In this document: in pieces, positions 19,364 to 28,634 of the stretch
Layout of the letters: each line of letters starts with the position of its first letter
Numbering within the stretch: position 1 is the stretch's first letter
Assembly: GCA_030148865.1 (NCBI GenBank)
Contig: JASBSR010000040.1
Coordinates: 141,145-205,144 of the forward strand
DNA length: 64,000 nt
Reading direction: 5' to 3'
From: Gammaproteobacteria bacterium
Lineage (GTDB): Bacteria; Pseudomonadota; Gammaproteobacteria; SZUA-229
Made by a program: the position numbers and the translations under genes
The notes under the pieces: model-generated
The model's database searches: none
The model's input: the letters and a program-made list of their open reading frames with translations, nothing else
Told to the model about the DNA's origin: nothing

Positions 19364-19514
19364 TTTGGCGACAGAGGCACAGAGGAGACGGAGATAAATA
19401 CGGTTCAAAATAATAAATACAGAAAGCACAGATTTCGTAATACTATTTACCTGTTTTCCAACTTTATGGCACCTTTAGAAAGCAACTCTGTGTCCTCTGT
19501 GCTTTTGTGGCAAA
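19364..19514. repeat. Inverted-repeat element with tandem CACAGAGG-type arms
   Basis: Left arm TTTGGCGACAGAGGCACAGAGGAGACGGAG and right arm CTCTGTGTCCTCTGTGCTTTTGTGGCAAA are imperfect reverse complements around an AT-rich core. Confidence 0.7.
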
Positions 19515-19527
19515 TTTTTAAGGGCTT

Positions 19528-21315
19528 TTAAGACTGGCTATCCAGCGGCGGCGGTGCCACGCGCATGACTTCTTCAATCGTGGTCAACCCCTGGGCAATT
19601 TTACTGGCGCCGCTTAAGCGCAGCGGTCGTAAACCATCCTTCACTGCTTGTTTACGCAAAGCCTGGAGATCGGCATTATCGGTGATCAAACGGCGGATAT
19701 CCTGCGAGAAACTGAACATTTCGTACACGCCCATGCGCCCCATATAACCAGTGTTACGGCATTCGAGGCAACCCACGGGTTTATAGACTGTTTCTGGTTT
19801 CAGCGCCTTCCAGGGTTTGACCAGCAGCTTCCAGTCTTCATCGCTGATCGGTGTCGCTGCCTTGCAGTGCGGGCACAGGGTGCGCACCAGCCGCTGCGCC
19901 ATAATACCGAGCACCGAGGACTGCACCAGATAAGGCGGAACACCTATGTCGAGCAGCCGCGAAATCGCCGCCGGGGCGTCGTTGGTGTGCAGGGTGGATA
20001 GCACCAGATGACCGGTGAGCGCAGCCTGAATTGCCATTTCGGCTGTTTCCATATCGCGAATTTCGCCGATCATAATAATATCGGGATCCTGCCGCATGAG
20101 GGTACGCACACCACGGGAAAAATCCAGGTCAATATTTTTTTGTACCTGCATTTGATTAAACGCCGGTTCGACCAGTTCGATCGGATCCTCGATGGTGCAA
20201 ACATTCACATCTGGTCTGGCGAGTAACTTCAGCGTCGAGTACAGGGTGGTGGTTTTACCCGACCCGGTGGGACCGGTAACCAGAATAATTCCGTGTGGCT
20301 GCTGGATCATTTTACGCCAGATGTCTTCATCGCTATTACTAAAACCGAGATCGGTGAAACTTTTGACGATCACTTCAGGGTCAAAAATACGCATCACCAT
20401 TTTTTCACCAAACGCAGTCGGCATGGTGGATAAGCGCAGTTCGACTTCCTGACCTTCCGGGGTGCGGGTTTTTAAGCGCCCGTCCTGAGGCCGACGTTTT
20501 TCGGCAACGTCCATGCGACCGAGTATTTTAATGCGACTCGACACAGCCGCCATCACCGCTGTCGGTATCTGATACACCTCGTGCATGACACCATCAATGC
20601 GAAACCGCACATTACTCATTTCACGGCGCGGTTCAAGATGAATATCACTGGCGCGCTGATCGAATGCATATTGCAATAACCAGTCAACAATATTGATGAC
20701 GTGCTGGTCGTTAGCGTCGAGCTTGCCGGCACGACCCAACTCCATCATCGATTCCAGATTTTGCAAATTGCCGACAAATGGATCGGCATCGGCCTGAGCA
20801 CCAAGTACAGATTTAGACACCGAATAAAACTCGAGCAGGAAACGGCGAATATCATCTGGGTTCGCGATTACCAGTTCAAAGTTCTGTTTATTAATGCGCG
20901 AAAGCTCATTCACCCATTCGCGCTGGAAAGGTTGCGCGGTGGCGACGGTAATGACTTTGTCTGTTACCTTCACTGGCAATACATTGTAGCGAGCAGCATA
21001 AGCGTAGGACATCACCGAAGTCACGCGCGTGACTTCAACTCTGAGCGGATCAATGCGTCGATACGGCAGGCTAACGTGATCCGCAAACCAGACGGTGAGC
21101 ACTTCCAGCGTCAGCGGTTTGCCGGTTTTGATATTTTTCCAGCCACGTTCGGCGATAAATTCCAGCGGATGCTTGTGCTCGTACTTGCCACTGGATGCCA
21201 GCGAACGCAGCATAGCGGCATTTTCGCTATCGACCATACCATCGGCTTCCAGCCAGTCGAGAATATCCGGAACCCTGAGTTCGCGTTCTTTATGTTTTTC
21301 GATGACTGCGCTCAT
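19528..21315 (-). CDS. GspE/PulE/PilB-family secretion ATPase
   Basis: ASDIHLEP, RRPQDGR, Walker A GPTGSGKTT, TIEDPIE, RQDPDIIMIGEIRD, TGHLVLSTLHTN, CPHC...CLEC zinc site. Confidence 0.93.
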   Translation of the reverse strand: MSAVIEKHKERELRVPDILDWLEADGMVDSENAAMLRSLASSGKYEHKHPLEFIAERGWKNIKTGKPLTLEVLTVWFADHVSLPYRRIDPLRVEVTRVTSVMSYAYAARYNVLPVKVTDKVITVATAQPFQREWVNELSRINKQNFELVIANPDDIRRFLLEFYSVSKSVLGAQADADPFVGNLQNLESMMELGRAGKLDANDQHVINIVDWLLQYAFDQRASDIHLEPRREMSNVRFRIDGVMHEVYQIPTAVMAAVSSRIKILGRMDVAEKRRPQDGRLKTRTPEGQEVELRLSTMPTAFGEKMVMRIFDPEVIVKSFTDLGFSNSDEDIWRKMIQQPHGIILVTGPTGSGKTTTLYSTLKLLARPDVNVCTIEDPIELVEPAFNQMQVQKNIDLDFSRGVRTLMRQDPDIIMIGEIRDMETAEMAIQAALTGHLVLSTLHTNDAPAAISRLLDIGVPPYLVQSSVLGIMAQRLVRTLCPHCKAATPISDEDWKLLVKPWKALKPETVYKPVGCLECRNTGYMGRMGVYEMFSFSQDIRRLITDNADLQALRKQAVKDGLRPLRLSGASKIAQGLTTIEEVMRVAPPPLDSQS

Positions 21316-21327
21316 AATATTAGCGGT

Positions 21328-21618
21328 TTACATTGTGGGCCGAATATCAAACCGGCTGAAATACTCAAATGTTGCGTCCTGTACCTCTATAGTAGACACT
21401 TTTGCCTGTGTCGGGCCAATTTCGAGCCAGTTTTTCAGTGTAAGCTGCTGGTCTGCAGAGCCACAGGCATACACTTCGACCCGACCATCACGCAGATTTC
21501 GTACCCAGCCAGTGAGAGCCAGTTGCTGCGCTCGCTCCTGCGTGGCGACTCTGTAACACACGCCCTGCACCCGCCCGCTGATGAAATATCGCTGGCAGAC
21601 CATTGCCGTTGCTGTCAC
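21328..21618 (-). CDS. acyP: Acylphosphatase
   Basis: SGRVQGVCYR and GWVRNLRDGRVE motifs. Confidence 0.92.
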   Translation of the reverse strand: MTATAMVCQRYFISGRVQGVCYRVATQERAQQLALTGWVRNLRDGRVEVYACGSADQQLTLKNWLEIGPTQAKVSTIEVQDATFEYFSRFDIRPTM

Positions 21619-22397
21619 GGTAACAGCAAACTGACACTGTCTCCCGGTTTGAATAAACCACCGGGGTCGACCGCGAACACAACTTTGAGCGCATAGCTCT
21701 GCCCGGCTGCATCGCCTGGGGTCATCGCCATACTCTGAACACTGCCCGTATAATCCTGACCACGATAGCGCACCTTGATCGCCTGACCAAGCTGCAGCTG
21801 ACTCAGTACTTCATAACTCACCTGAGCCACGGCGAGCCGAGCGTCGGCACGCGCCAGCACGATCAAGGGCTGAATGCGTAGATCACCGGTTATCACCTGA
21901 CCGGACTCGATGTTCCGGTTAATGACCCAGGCAGCCCAGGGCGCGTACTGCGTGGCGCGCGACAGTTTCACGGTGGCTTCGGTGAGCAGCGCCTTAGTTT
22001 CGCCCAGTTTTGCATTAGCAATGTCAAACGCCATTTTGGCGTGCTGTAATTCAACATCGGAAAGTACGGTCTGTTCGTAAAGCGCCTGAGCATCGCGATA
22101 CTCGCGCTGGGCATCAGTCAATGCTGGATACGCCGCCGCTACCCGTGCTTGCGCCTGTTTTACTTTTGCCGACAGCACCGCTGTATTTAAGGCAAATAAT
22201 TTTTCGCCTTTGTTCACACGCTGCCCCACCTGCACGAATACACTATCGACAAAACCATTTACCGGTACGCTGGCATAATGCAGTTCTGCCCAGCCAAGTC
22301 TGGCAGCAACTTCAGCGCTTTGCACTGACAGTGCAAACAGAAACAAACTGCCCGCCAGCCAGCAACGCAGGCCTGTCTTTATGATTTTAATTTTCAT
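21615..22397 (-). CDS. Periplasmic adaptor (membrane fusion protein) of efflux type
   Basis: Signal peptide, lipoyl half-motif PVNGFVDSVFVQVGQRVNKGEKL, alpha-hairpin, second lipoyl half; ATG 22397 overlaps the tolC-like stop. Confidence 0.8.
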   Translation of the reverse strand: MKIKIIKTGLRCWLAGSLFLFALSVQSAEVAARLGWAELHYASVPVNGFVDSVFVQVGQRVNKGEKLFALNTAVLSAKVKQAQARVAAAYPALTDAQREYRDAQALYEQTVLSDVELQHAKMAFDIANAKLGETKALLTEATVKLSRATQYAPWAAWVINRNIESGQVITGDLRIQPLIVLARADARLAVAQVSYEVLSQLQLGQAIKVRYRGQDYTGSVQSMAMTPGDAAGQSYALKVVFAVDPGGLFKPGDSVSLLLP

Positions 22398-23775
22398 TGG
22401 CTTCACCCGTGGCAAAAACTTGAAACGATACCTTTTGATGATCGATTACGCTACGCGGCATCTGCCCGGTTAGCATCGTCAAACGCATTGCTGCGACAAT
22501 AGTGTCAAATTTATTTTTTGTCTGTAAATAACGAACCCGCGAAGTATTCACCAGAGTGTCGCCATAGTCAGTGCGCAATTCAAGCTCATATTCACCCCGA
22601 CTTTTATCAAGTGCACGGTCAGCGGCGCGGGCTGCAGTTTTAAGCCCCTCAGCTTCGGACAGTAAATTTTTAATCCCCAGCCAAAGATCGTATACCTGCT
22701 TGCGAACATCCGACTGCAAGCGCGAATACTCAGCCCGCCGCTGTAACCAGAGCACACGTTGGTCAGATATCTGCGATTTCACGCGTGCGTTTTCAAACAA
22801 CGGAATTTTAAGATTGAGCGAAGCGCGCCAGTTCTCGCGCGAAGGCAACTTACGTGTATATTCAATCACTTCTACTTCTGCATCCAGTGATGGTCGTGAT
22901 AACTTACGTGCAGCTTCCATTGCAACCTGTGCGGCGTCAACCCGACGCGCCTGCGCCTGAATTCCAACATTCGACTGCATCGCACGTTTGATCAGTATTT
23001 CAACATCTGGCAGCTTTAAATCAGTCAGATCGACCCCAGGTGCGACCAGTTCTGCCGAAAGCTCGCCAGGACGATTGATTACCTCTGCCAGCTGCGCGCG
23101 ACTGATGCGCTGCAAAGTTTCAGTGTTGCGTCTAACCGTCAGTAATTGCTGATAGTCGGTTTCTGCACTGAGCAAATCAATTTCCGAAACCTGTTTTAAA
23201 TCGTACCGGTCACGCATTTTGTCAACGCGCACGTACAGCATCGACATGGCCTCGTTATCCCAGGAGAACTTTATGTCTGACAAAATTGCATCAAAAAAAC
23301 TACGCGCTATTGCAATCTGCTGTTGCGCGAGAACACGGCGATAGTCGAGTTGCTCAGCATCGATAGCTGTTTCGGCGGCTTCGATACGGGTACTGCCATA
23401 ACCAAAATCATACAGGGGCTTGCGAATATTCAGGCTTGCCTTGTGATCGTTTGGTGAAAGATCAAATGCATTGGCGGCAGGCTCGATGCGAGCAGCTTCA
23501 AGATTGATTTCAGCTTCCAGTGCATAATCACCCTGTACGCGCTGCAGACCTGCACGCGCCGCCTGTTCTCGCGATTGCGCCGCAAACAGCACAGGCTGAA
23601 GCTCAGATGAGCCGATCATCATCGCCTGCTGTAGATTAAGAGGCGTCGGCAGTGGCTCCGCTGCCCAGAGCACACCACTGTAAAGCAGAGCCATATAGTA
23701 GCAACTGCGAAACCCCATCGGGGTGACAGCATCGAAGATATGCCATCGACTGTACGCCTGTTGCCTGACAGTCAT
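22387..23775 (-). CDS. TolC-family outer membrane protein
   Basis: PLNLQQA, LNIRKPLYDFG, LNLKIPLF OEP repeats. The start is uncertain (alternative ATG 23718). Confidence 0.85.
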   Translation of the reverse strand: MTVRQQAYSRWHIFDAVTPMGFRSCYYMALLYSGVLWAAEPLPTPLNLQQAMMIGSSELQPVLFAAQSREQAARAGLQRVQGDYALEAEINLEAARIEPAANAFDLSPNDHKASLNIRKPLYDFGYGSTRIEAAETAIDAEQLDYRRVLAQQQIAIARSFFDAILSDIKFSWDNEAMSMLYVRVDKMRDRYDLKQVSEIDLLSAETDYQQLLTVRRNTETLQRISRAQLAEVINRPGELSAELVAPGVDLTDLKLPDVEILIKRAMQSNVGIQAQARRVDAAQVAMEAARKLSRPSLDAEVEVIEYTRKLPSRENWRASLNLKIPLFENARVKSQISDQRVLWLQRRAEYSRLQSDVRKQVYDLWLGIKNLLSEAEGLKTAARAADRALDKSRGEYELELRTDYGDTLVNTSRVRYLQTKNKFDTIVAAMRLTMLTGQMPRSVIDHQKVSFQVFATGEANEN

Positions 23776-23780
23776 GCGAA

Positions 23781-24311
23781 TTAGTTCGGCTTCTTATTGT
23801 TCAACTTGTAGCGTGTAAAACTCATCTCACGAAATTTTTCATCGATCACATAACGCCCTAACAGCATAAAATCATCAGTCCCCGAAGTCGGCCCGGTAAA
23901 TCGCGTCACCGCCTGGCCTTTCAGGTTATAAAAAATAAACACCGGTGTCGCGCGCACTCGATTCACCTTGAAAGCAAAGTCTTTTTCTTTCATGGCGACT
24001 CCGGTCATATCATGAATTTCAATGTCACCTTCTATATCAACCGGGAATATCAGAAAGTTTTTCTGAAAAAAGTCCTGCACTTCAGACTGGTTCAAAACTG
24101 TCGCTTTCATACGCGCACAAAACGGGCATTCATCCTGCTCAAACATGAGCAAAATACCTTTCTTGCCTGCTGCTTTCGCCTGCTGCAGCTCTTCAGAAAA
24201 ATCCCCCAGTGTCTGGTTGAAAAAATTACCCTCCACATCACGGATTTCAGCATGCGCCAGTTGAGCGATAACGAATAGCGTCATGAATAAAAATTTCAAC
24301 CCGCACCTCAT
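23781..24311 (-). CDS. Periplasmic thioredoxin-family protein, SoxW-like
   Basis: Signal peptide, GDFSEEL...GKKGILLMFEQDECPFC...VRATPVFIF; CPFC motif. Confidence 0.82.
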   Translation of the reverse strand: MRCGLKFLFMTLFVIAQLAHAEIRDVEGNFFNQTLGDFSEELQQAKAAGKKGILLMFEQDECPFCARMKATVLNQSEVQDFFQKNFLIFPVDIEGDIEIHDMTGVAMKEKDFAFKVNRVRATPVFIFYNLKGQAVTRFTGPTSGTDDFMLLGRYVIDEKFREMSFTRYKLNNKKPN

Positions 24312-24379
24312 TAAACTGTATGTGATAGCAGAACCCTGTAAAACTATAGGACGCTATACCACAGGTGTAATTCCCAAAC

Positions 24380-24405
24380 AAAAAAAGGCCCGAGAACGGG
24401 CCTTT
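24380..24405 (-). terminator. Rho-independent terminator
   Basis: Minus strand AAAGGCCCG-TTCT-CGGGCCTTTTTTT just after the LysM gene. Confidence 0.8.
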
Positions 24406-24427
24406 CGGGGTCAAACTGAAAGCGGTA

Positions 24428-25102
24428 TTACTTGTTGAGGTAGTCCAGATCAGACTGCTCAACGTCGCCTACCGACCAGGCACCACGAGTTTTGGCGTGA
24501 TTAATAGCGGCATTGATCTCGGCAGATGACGCATTCTGATCGATATCCAGCACCTGCCCGGGGCGAATCAGGTCAGCATCTTTGATCTGGCTACGGTTGG
24601 TTTTATAAATCAGCGGCCACTGATAAGGATTGGCATAGACTTCATCCTTACCTGAAATGTTCCACAGATTGTCGCCACCCTGAACAGAGTAACTGCTGAC
24701 TTTGCCAGCGGCTGACTGGTTGCTGTCCTGTGCCAGACTGCTACCCGAAAGCGCGGCACGATCTGCGGCACTCAGACTGTCGAGATATTTCTGATGCTCG
24801 GCAGCTTGCTGTTTAATGGCATCTTCGGCCTGTGCCTGAGCTTTATTAGCCAGCTTGATCGCTTCATCAGTGTTGCCGTCGGCCAGTGCGGCTTCGGCTT
24901 TCTTGATAAGTTTACCAGTGTCGCGCCACTCGTAGCCAACCGCTTTAGCATCCGTGTTGGCAGCTTTTGCTGAAGCAATCGCCTGTTCAGCTGCAGCGGT
25001 AGCATCATTGGTCGAGGAACCAGTGTCTTCTGTGGTAGCACAGCCAGCCATTAAACCCAGGCTGAGGAATGCAACTGAAATCAGTCTTGCGGGTGTACGC
25101 AT
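24428..25102 (-). CDS. Lipoprotein with SoxK-like helical domain and C-terminal LysM domain
   Basis: Lipobox LMAGC; Ala-rich helical region with GYEWRDTGKLIKKAE; LysM YSVQGGDNLWNIS...WPLIYKTN...DLIRPGQVLDI. Confidence 0.85.
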   Translation of the reverse strand: MRTPARLISVAFLSLGLMAGCATTEDTGSSTNDATAAAEQAIASAKAANTDAKAVGYEWRDTGKLIKKAEAALADGNTDEAIKLANKAQAQAEDAIKQQAAEHQKYLDSLSAADRAALSGSSLAQDSNQSAAGKVSSYSVQGGDNLWNISGKDEVYANPYQWPLIYKTNRSQIKDADLIRPGQVLDIDQNASSAEINAAINHAKTRGAWSVGDVEQSDLDYLNK

Positions 25103-25288
25103 GTGTTTACTCCGAATATTTGGAAAGATCGTGCAATTAATTGTTGGTGTTTATCTATGCATTCTATAGCTCCAGAAACTAACAATGCAAGCCTGTAGTG
25201 TCAAGAAATCATTTTTAGTTTAGGTCAACCGGTCAGGATATTGTAGAATTTGCTCCCAGAATCATTCATCAGGCAAAATTGACCTATC

Positions 25289-25642
25289 ATGAGCTCCAAC
25301 GTTCGTCTTCTTTACAATCCTGACTGCACAAAATGCCGACTCAGCAAGGAATTGCTCGAACGCCAGGGCGAAACTGCCGAGGTGGTCGAATACCTCATCA
25401 ATCCGCCCAGCCGGGATGAACTTGAACAAATTTTGACCATGCTGGGGCTGGCACCGCGCGCGCTAATGCGCCGCCACGAACCCCCTTATCACGAGCTGAA
25501 TTTGGATAAGCCCGAGCTCAGTCATGAGCAGCTGATCGCCGCCATGATCGCACATCCGATCCTGATCGAACGCCCGATCGTGATCAAGGACAACAAGGCC
25601 GTGATCGGTCGCCCCCCCGAGCGTATTCTGGATATTCTCTGA
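25289..25642 (+). CDS. arsC: Arsenate reductase (glutaredoxin type, ArsC/YfgD family)
   Basis: YNPDCTKCR, HPILIERPIV, IGRPPE. Confidence 0.88.
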   Translation: MSSNVRLLYNPDCTKCRLSKELLERQGETAEVVEYLINPPSRDELEQILTMLGLAPRALMRRHEPPYHELNLDKPELSHEQLIAAMIAHPILIERPIVIKDNKAVIGRPPERILDIL

Positions 25643-26235
25643 TGTCTGAAATTCTGATCTTATATTACAGTCCTGGCGGCACCATTGCCGAAATGGCCAA
25701 TGTCATCGCGCGCGGCGTCGAGCAGGTATCCGACGTGCAGGCGCGGGTGCGCACAGTGCCCGCAGTCGCGCCCGTGGATCAAACCACGACACCGGTCACC
25801 AGCACGAGTGCGCCCTTCGCCACGCATCAGGATTTACTCGACTGCAGCGGCCTGATTCTCGGCAGCCCAACTCACTTTGGCAATATGCCAGCGGCGATGA
25901 AATATTTTATCGATGGCACCAGCAAGCTCTGGCTGGCGGGCAAACTCGCGGGCAAACCCGCCGCTGTATTTACCGCCAGCACCAGTCTGCACGGCGGCCA
26001 GGAAAGCACCCTGCTGAGCATGATGCTGCCCCTGCTACACCACGGCATGCTGCTGGTCGGCCTGCCCTACACCGAAACCGAGCTGTTCACCACCACCAGC
26101 GGGGGGGCGCCCTACGGCGCGACGCGTCTGAGTGATGACACGGGCGAACGCCAGCTCAGCAACGACGAACGCCAGCTCAGCCTCGCGCTGGGCAAACGGG
26201 TGGCCGAAACCGCGCGCAAACTGGACGCAGAATAA
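25642..26235 (+). CDS. wrbA: NAD(P)H:quinone oxidoreductase
   Basis: GSPTHFGNM, SLHGGQESTLLSM, HHGMLLVGLPY, GGAPYGA. Confidence 0.9.
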   Translation: MSEILILYYSPGGTIAEMANVIARGVEQVSDVQARVRTVPAVAPVDQTTTPVTSTSAPFATHQDLLDCSGLILGSPTHFGNMPAAMKYFIDGTSKLWLAGKLAGKPAAVFTASTSLHGGQESTLLSMMLPLLHHGMLLVGLPYTETELFTTTSGGAPYGATRLSDDTGERQLSNDERQLSLALGKRVAETARKLDAE

Positions 26236-26237
26236 TT

Positions 26238-26633
26238 ATGGAGATGAACAACAACACTGTGCCGTCCGTAGCGCGCGTCAAATATGCCCACTGGCTTAGT
26301 CTGACCGGGTATTTCGCCCTGGTGATCGGGATTTACCTCTGGCACATCGTGATTCATAAAACTGAACATTATATGATCTCCCTGATCCTGCTGGTGCAGC
26401 TGGGGCCCCTGATCTTTCCTCTGCGCGGGCTGTTGCACGGTAGAATCTATACCCATGCCTGGTCGATTTATCTGGCGATTTTTTATTTTGTCGTCGGTGT
26501 CTGGTATTCCAGTGCCGCCGAAACACTGGGCTTCGGTCTTTATCTGGTGGCGGCCAGCCTGCTGTTTTTTATCGGCTGTGTGCTCTACACCCGGCTCGCC
26601 TCGCGCGCCGTCAGAGCAATTCAGAGTGACTGA
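26238..26633 (+). CDS. DUF2069 membrane protein
   Basis: Four TM segments, PLRGLLHGRIYTHAW; usual arsC-wrbA-DUF2069 context. Confidence 0.8.
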   Translation: MEMNNNTVPSVARVKYAHWLSLTGYFALVIGIYLWHIVIHKTEHYMISLILLVQLGPLIFPLRGLLHGRIYTHAWSIYLAIFYFVVGVWYSSAAETLGFGLYLVAASLLFFIGCVLYTRLASRAVRAIQSD

Positions 26634-27334
26634 CTGAACACCGTTTTGACGAACGGGATGGTTAATTTGCGCTGCATCGCCATGGCGGCGGTGTCGAGCG
26701 CATCCAGACGTTCGAACAGGGCAAAAAGATCGCGCGGGTAATGGCGCAGCAAATATTCCGCGACATTGCCCGGTAGTTCCAGCCCGCGCAGTTGCGCGCG
26801 CGTCTGCAACGCCGCACGCTTGTCAGCATCCGACAGTGCCTGCAACTGAAACACCGGCCCCCAGACCAGACGCGAACGCAGGTCGGCTAATTGCACCGTG
26901 AGGTTTTCCGGGACTTGATTCGCGCTCAGCAGCAAACAGCAGTCGCTGGCGCGTACCCGGTTGATCAGATTAAACAGCGCGACTTCCCAGTCGGCATGAC
27001 CCGCGAACCACTGCACATCATCCAGACACAGTAAATCCAGCTGTTCGAGACCATCGAGACAGTCTGCGGCTTGCGCAATGATTGCGGCTGCCGGCAAATA
27101 ACAGACTACCGCCCCATGTTCGGCCGCGAGATGACACGCCGCCTGCAATAAGTGGCTTTTGCCACGGCCCCGCTGTGATGACCATAGGTACAGCTGTTTT
27201 TCACCCGTGCCCGCCGCCAGCTGCCGCACCATGGCGACTGCGAGATGGTTTTCACCAGCCACATAAGAATCAAAACTGAAAACTTCACGCGGGGTAAAAC
27301 TTAAGGGTAATTGCCTGAACACAGAAGACTGCAT
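26621..27334 (-). CDS. hda: DnaA regulatory inactivator Hda
   Basis: QLPL clamp-binding motif, GKSHLLQA, LDDV, LFNLIN, DLRSRL. Confidence 0.93.
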   Translation of the reverse strand: MQSSVFRQLPLSFTPREVFSFDSYVAGENHLAVAMVRQLAAGTGEKQLYLWSSQRGRGKSHLLQAACHLAAEHGAVVCYLPAAAIIAQAADCLDGLEQLDLLCLDDVQWFAGHADWEVALFNLINRVRASDCCLLLSANQVPENLTVQLADLRSRLVWGPVFQLQALSDADKRAALQTRAQLRGLELPGNVAEYLLRHYPRDLFALFERLDALDTAAMAMQRKLTIPFVKTVFSQSL

Positions 27335-27346
27335 AAACTGCCAGAC

Positions 27347-28543
27347 TTAATTCAGCAGCCGGTAGTAGTAACGCCTGCCGGTAACTTCCGGGCTTGTCTG
27401 TAGACCGACCGGCACGACCGCTGGCTCAGGCACGCCCGTTTGCGCCGGCGTTGCGGCGGCATTAACGGTGGTTATCGTTGGCGGCACGACGGGTTTTTCC
27501 ACGGCTCTGAGTTGCGAACTCGTGGCCAGCAGGTTGCGCAAATCATCCACCCGCGAACGCAACGCGAGACTGAACTCAACATTGTCACCACCGAGCCGGG
27601 TTAGCTGTACGTTCTGTACTGCCTGCAAACTGGCGAGATATTTTTTCACGCGCACATAGGCCGCCAGCGTGCTGACATTTTCGATATCCAGCTGCACCCG
27701 GGCTTCGGTGGAACCGTCGCTGGATTCCAGCACTGCGTACTGTTTGCCAAGCGCATCCGCCATCTGATTGACTGCATCCGAAAGCAATTGCTCGTAGTCA
27801 GCGCTGCGCAAACTCCAGCGCTGAGAGTGACGCGCATCGAGCAAGGTCCAGTCGCCACTCCAAACGCTGCCATTCCAGGCCAGATTGCCGGCCAGCACCG
27901 GCCCCTGACTGTAGCGCGCCGAGACCTGTTGCAGGGGTTCGCTAAATCCGGCCCAGACATCGGCAAATTTAATCAGCGCCTGATCGCGTTTATCATAGCT
28001 CGGCCAGATGACGGGAATGCCGCGCTGACGGAACAGTTTTTCCAGCTGGCTTTTGAACAACGAAACATCGCTGGCTTTCAGTAAATATTGATTACGACCA
28101 TCGCGCACCGCCAGCCAGAGCACCGCCACCGCGCGATGTTCACCCCAGATCGGCAGGCCATTGCTGCGCAGGAAATCCATAATCCGGGTACCGTTGTACT
28201 GCAGGCGTATCTGCTGATTTTCAGCCGTACCATTGCTCTCAGGCGACGATTGAACAGGGCGAGCTTCATAACGGTATTGTTTGACGTAGGCGCCGGCATT
28301 CGGTGGCGTGATTTTTTGCAAAATCTGACCGTCACCTGACTGGCGCACCAGCATTTCGGCGAGGCCATCAGCCATTGCGGCATTACGTACTGCGGCGCTT
28401 TCGTCGGCCACCGGCAGCACCACTTCGTACAGATCGGGCACCCACTCGGCGTGGGCAATCGCGGGCAATACCAGCAGCAGCCAGCCGCAACGGCGTAGCA
28501 GACTCAGGATCGGGAATGGAGGGCAAAACTGTGACAATGGCAT
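27347..28543 (-). CDS. DUF2066 periplasmic protein
   Basis: Signal peptide, [17 protein letters not shown]...LWLAV; located between purM and hda. Confidence 0.8.
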   Translation of the reverse strand: MPLSQFCPPFPILSLLRRCGWLLLVLPAIAHAEWVPDLYEVVLPVADESAAVRNAAMADGLAEMLVRQSGDGQILQKITPPNAGAYVKQYRYEARPVQSSPESNGTAENQQIRLQYNGTRIMDFLRSNGLPIWGEHRAVAVLWLAVRDGRNQYLLKASDVSLFKSQLEKLFRQRGIPVIWPSYDKRDQALIKFADVWAGFSEPLQQVSARYSQGPVLAGNLAWNGSVWSGDWTLLDARHSQRWSLRSADYEQLLSDAVNQMADALGKQYAVLESSDGSTEARVQLDIENVSTLAAYVRVKKYLASLQAVQNVQLTRLGGDNVEFSLALRSRVDDLRNLLATSSQLRAVEKPVVPPTITTVNAAATPAQTGVPEPAVVPVGLQTSPEVTGRRYYYRLLN

Positions 28544-28634
28544 GGAGTTTTTTCAGCTGGGACTAAATAAGCTTTACGGGTGCGTGTACAATACCACACC
28601 TTTGAAACCATCAAACCCTGGTTGTTGCACTCGA

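Noticed and set aside
20701..21696. 331-aa plus-strand ORF
   Set aside because: Antisense to the GspE, acyP and adaptor genes, with no protein-like motifs.
25289..25642. Arsenic-resistance operon
   Set aside because: No arsR/arsB/acr3 nearby; arsC-wrbA-DUF2069 next to hda is ordinary housekeeping synteny.
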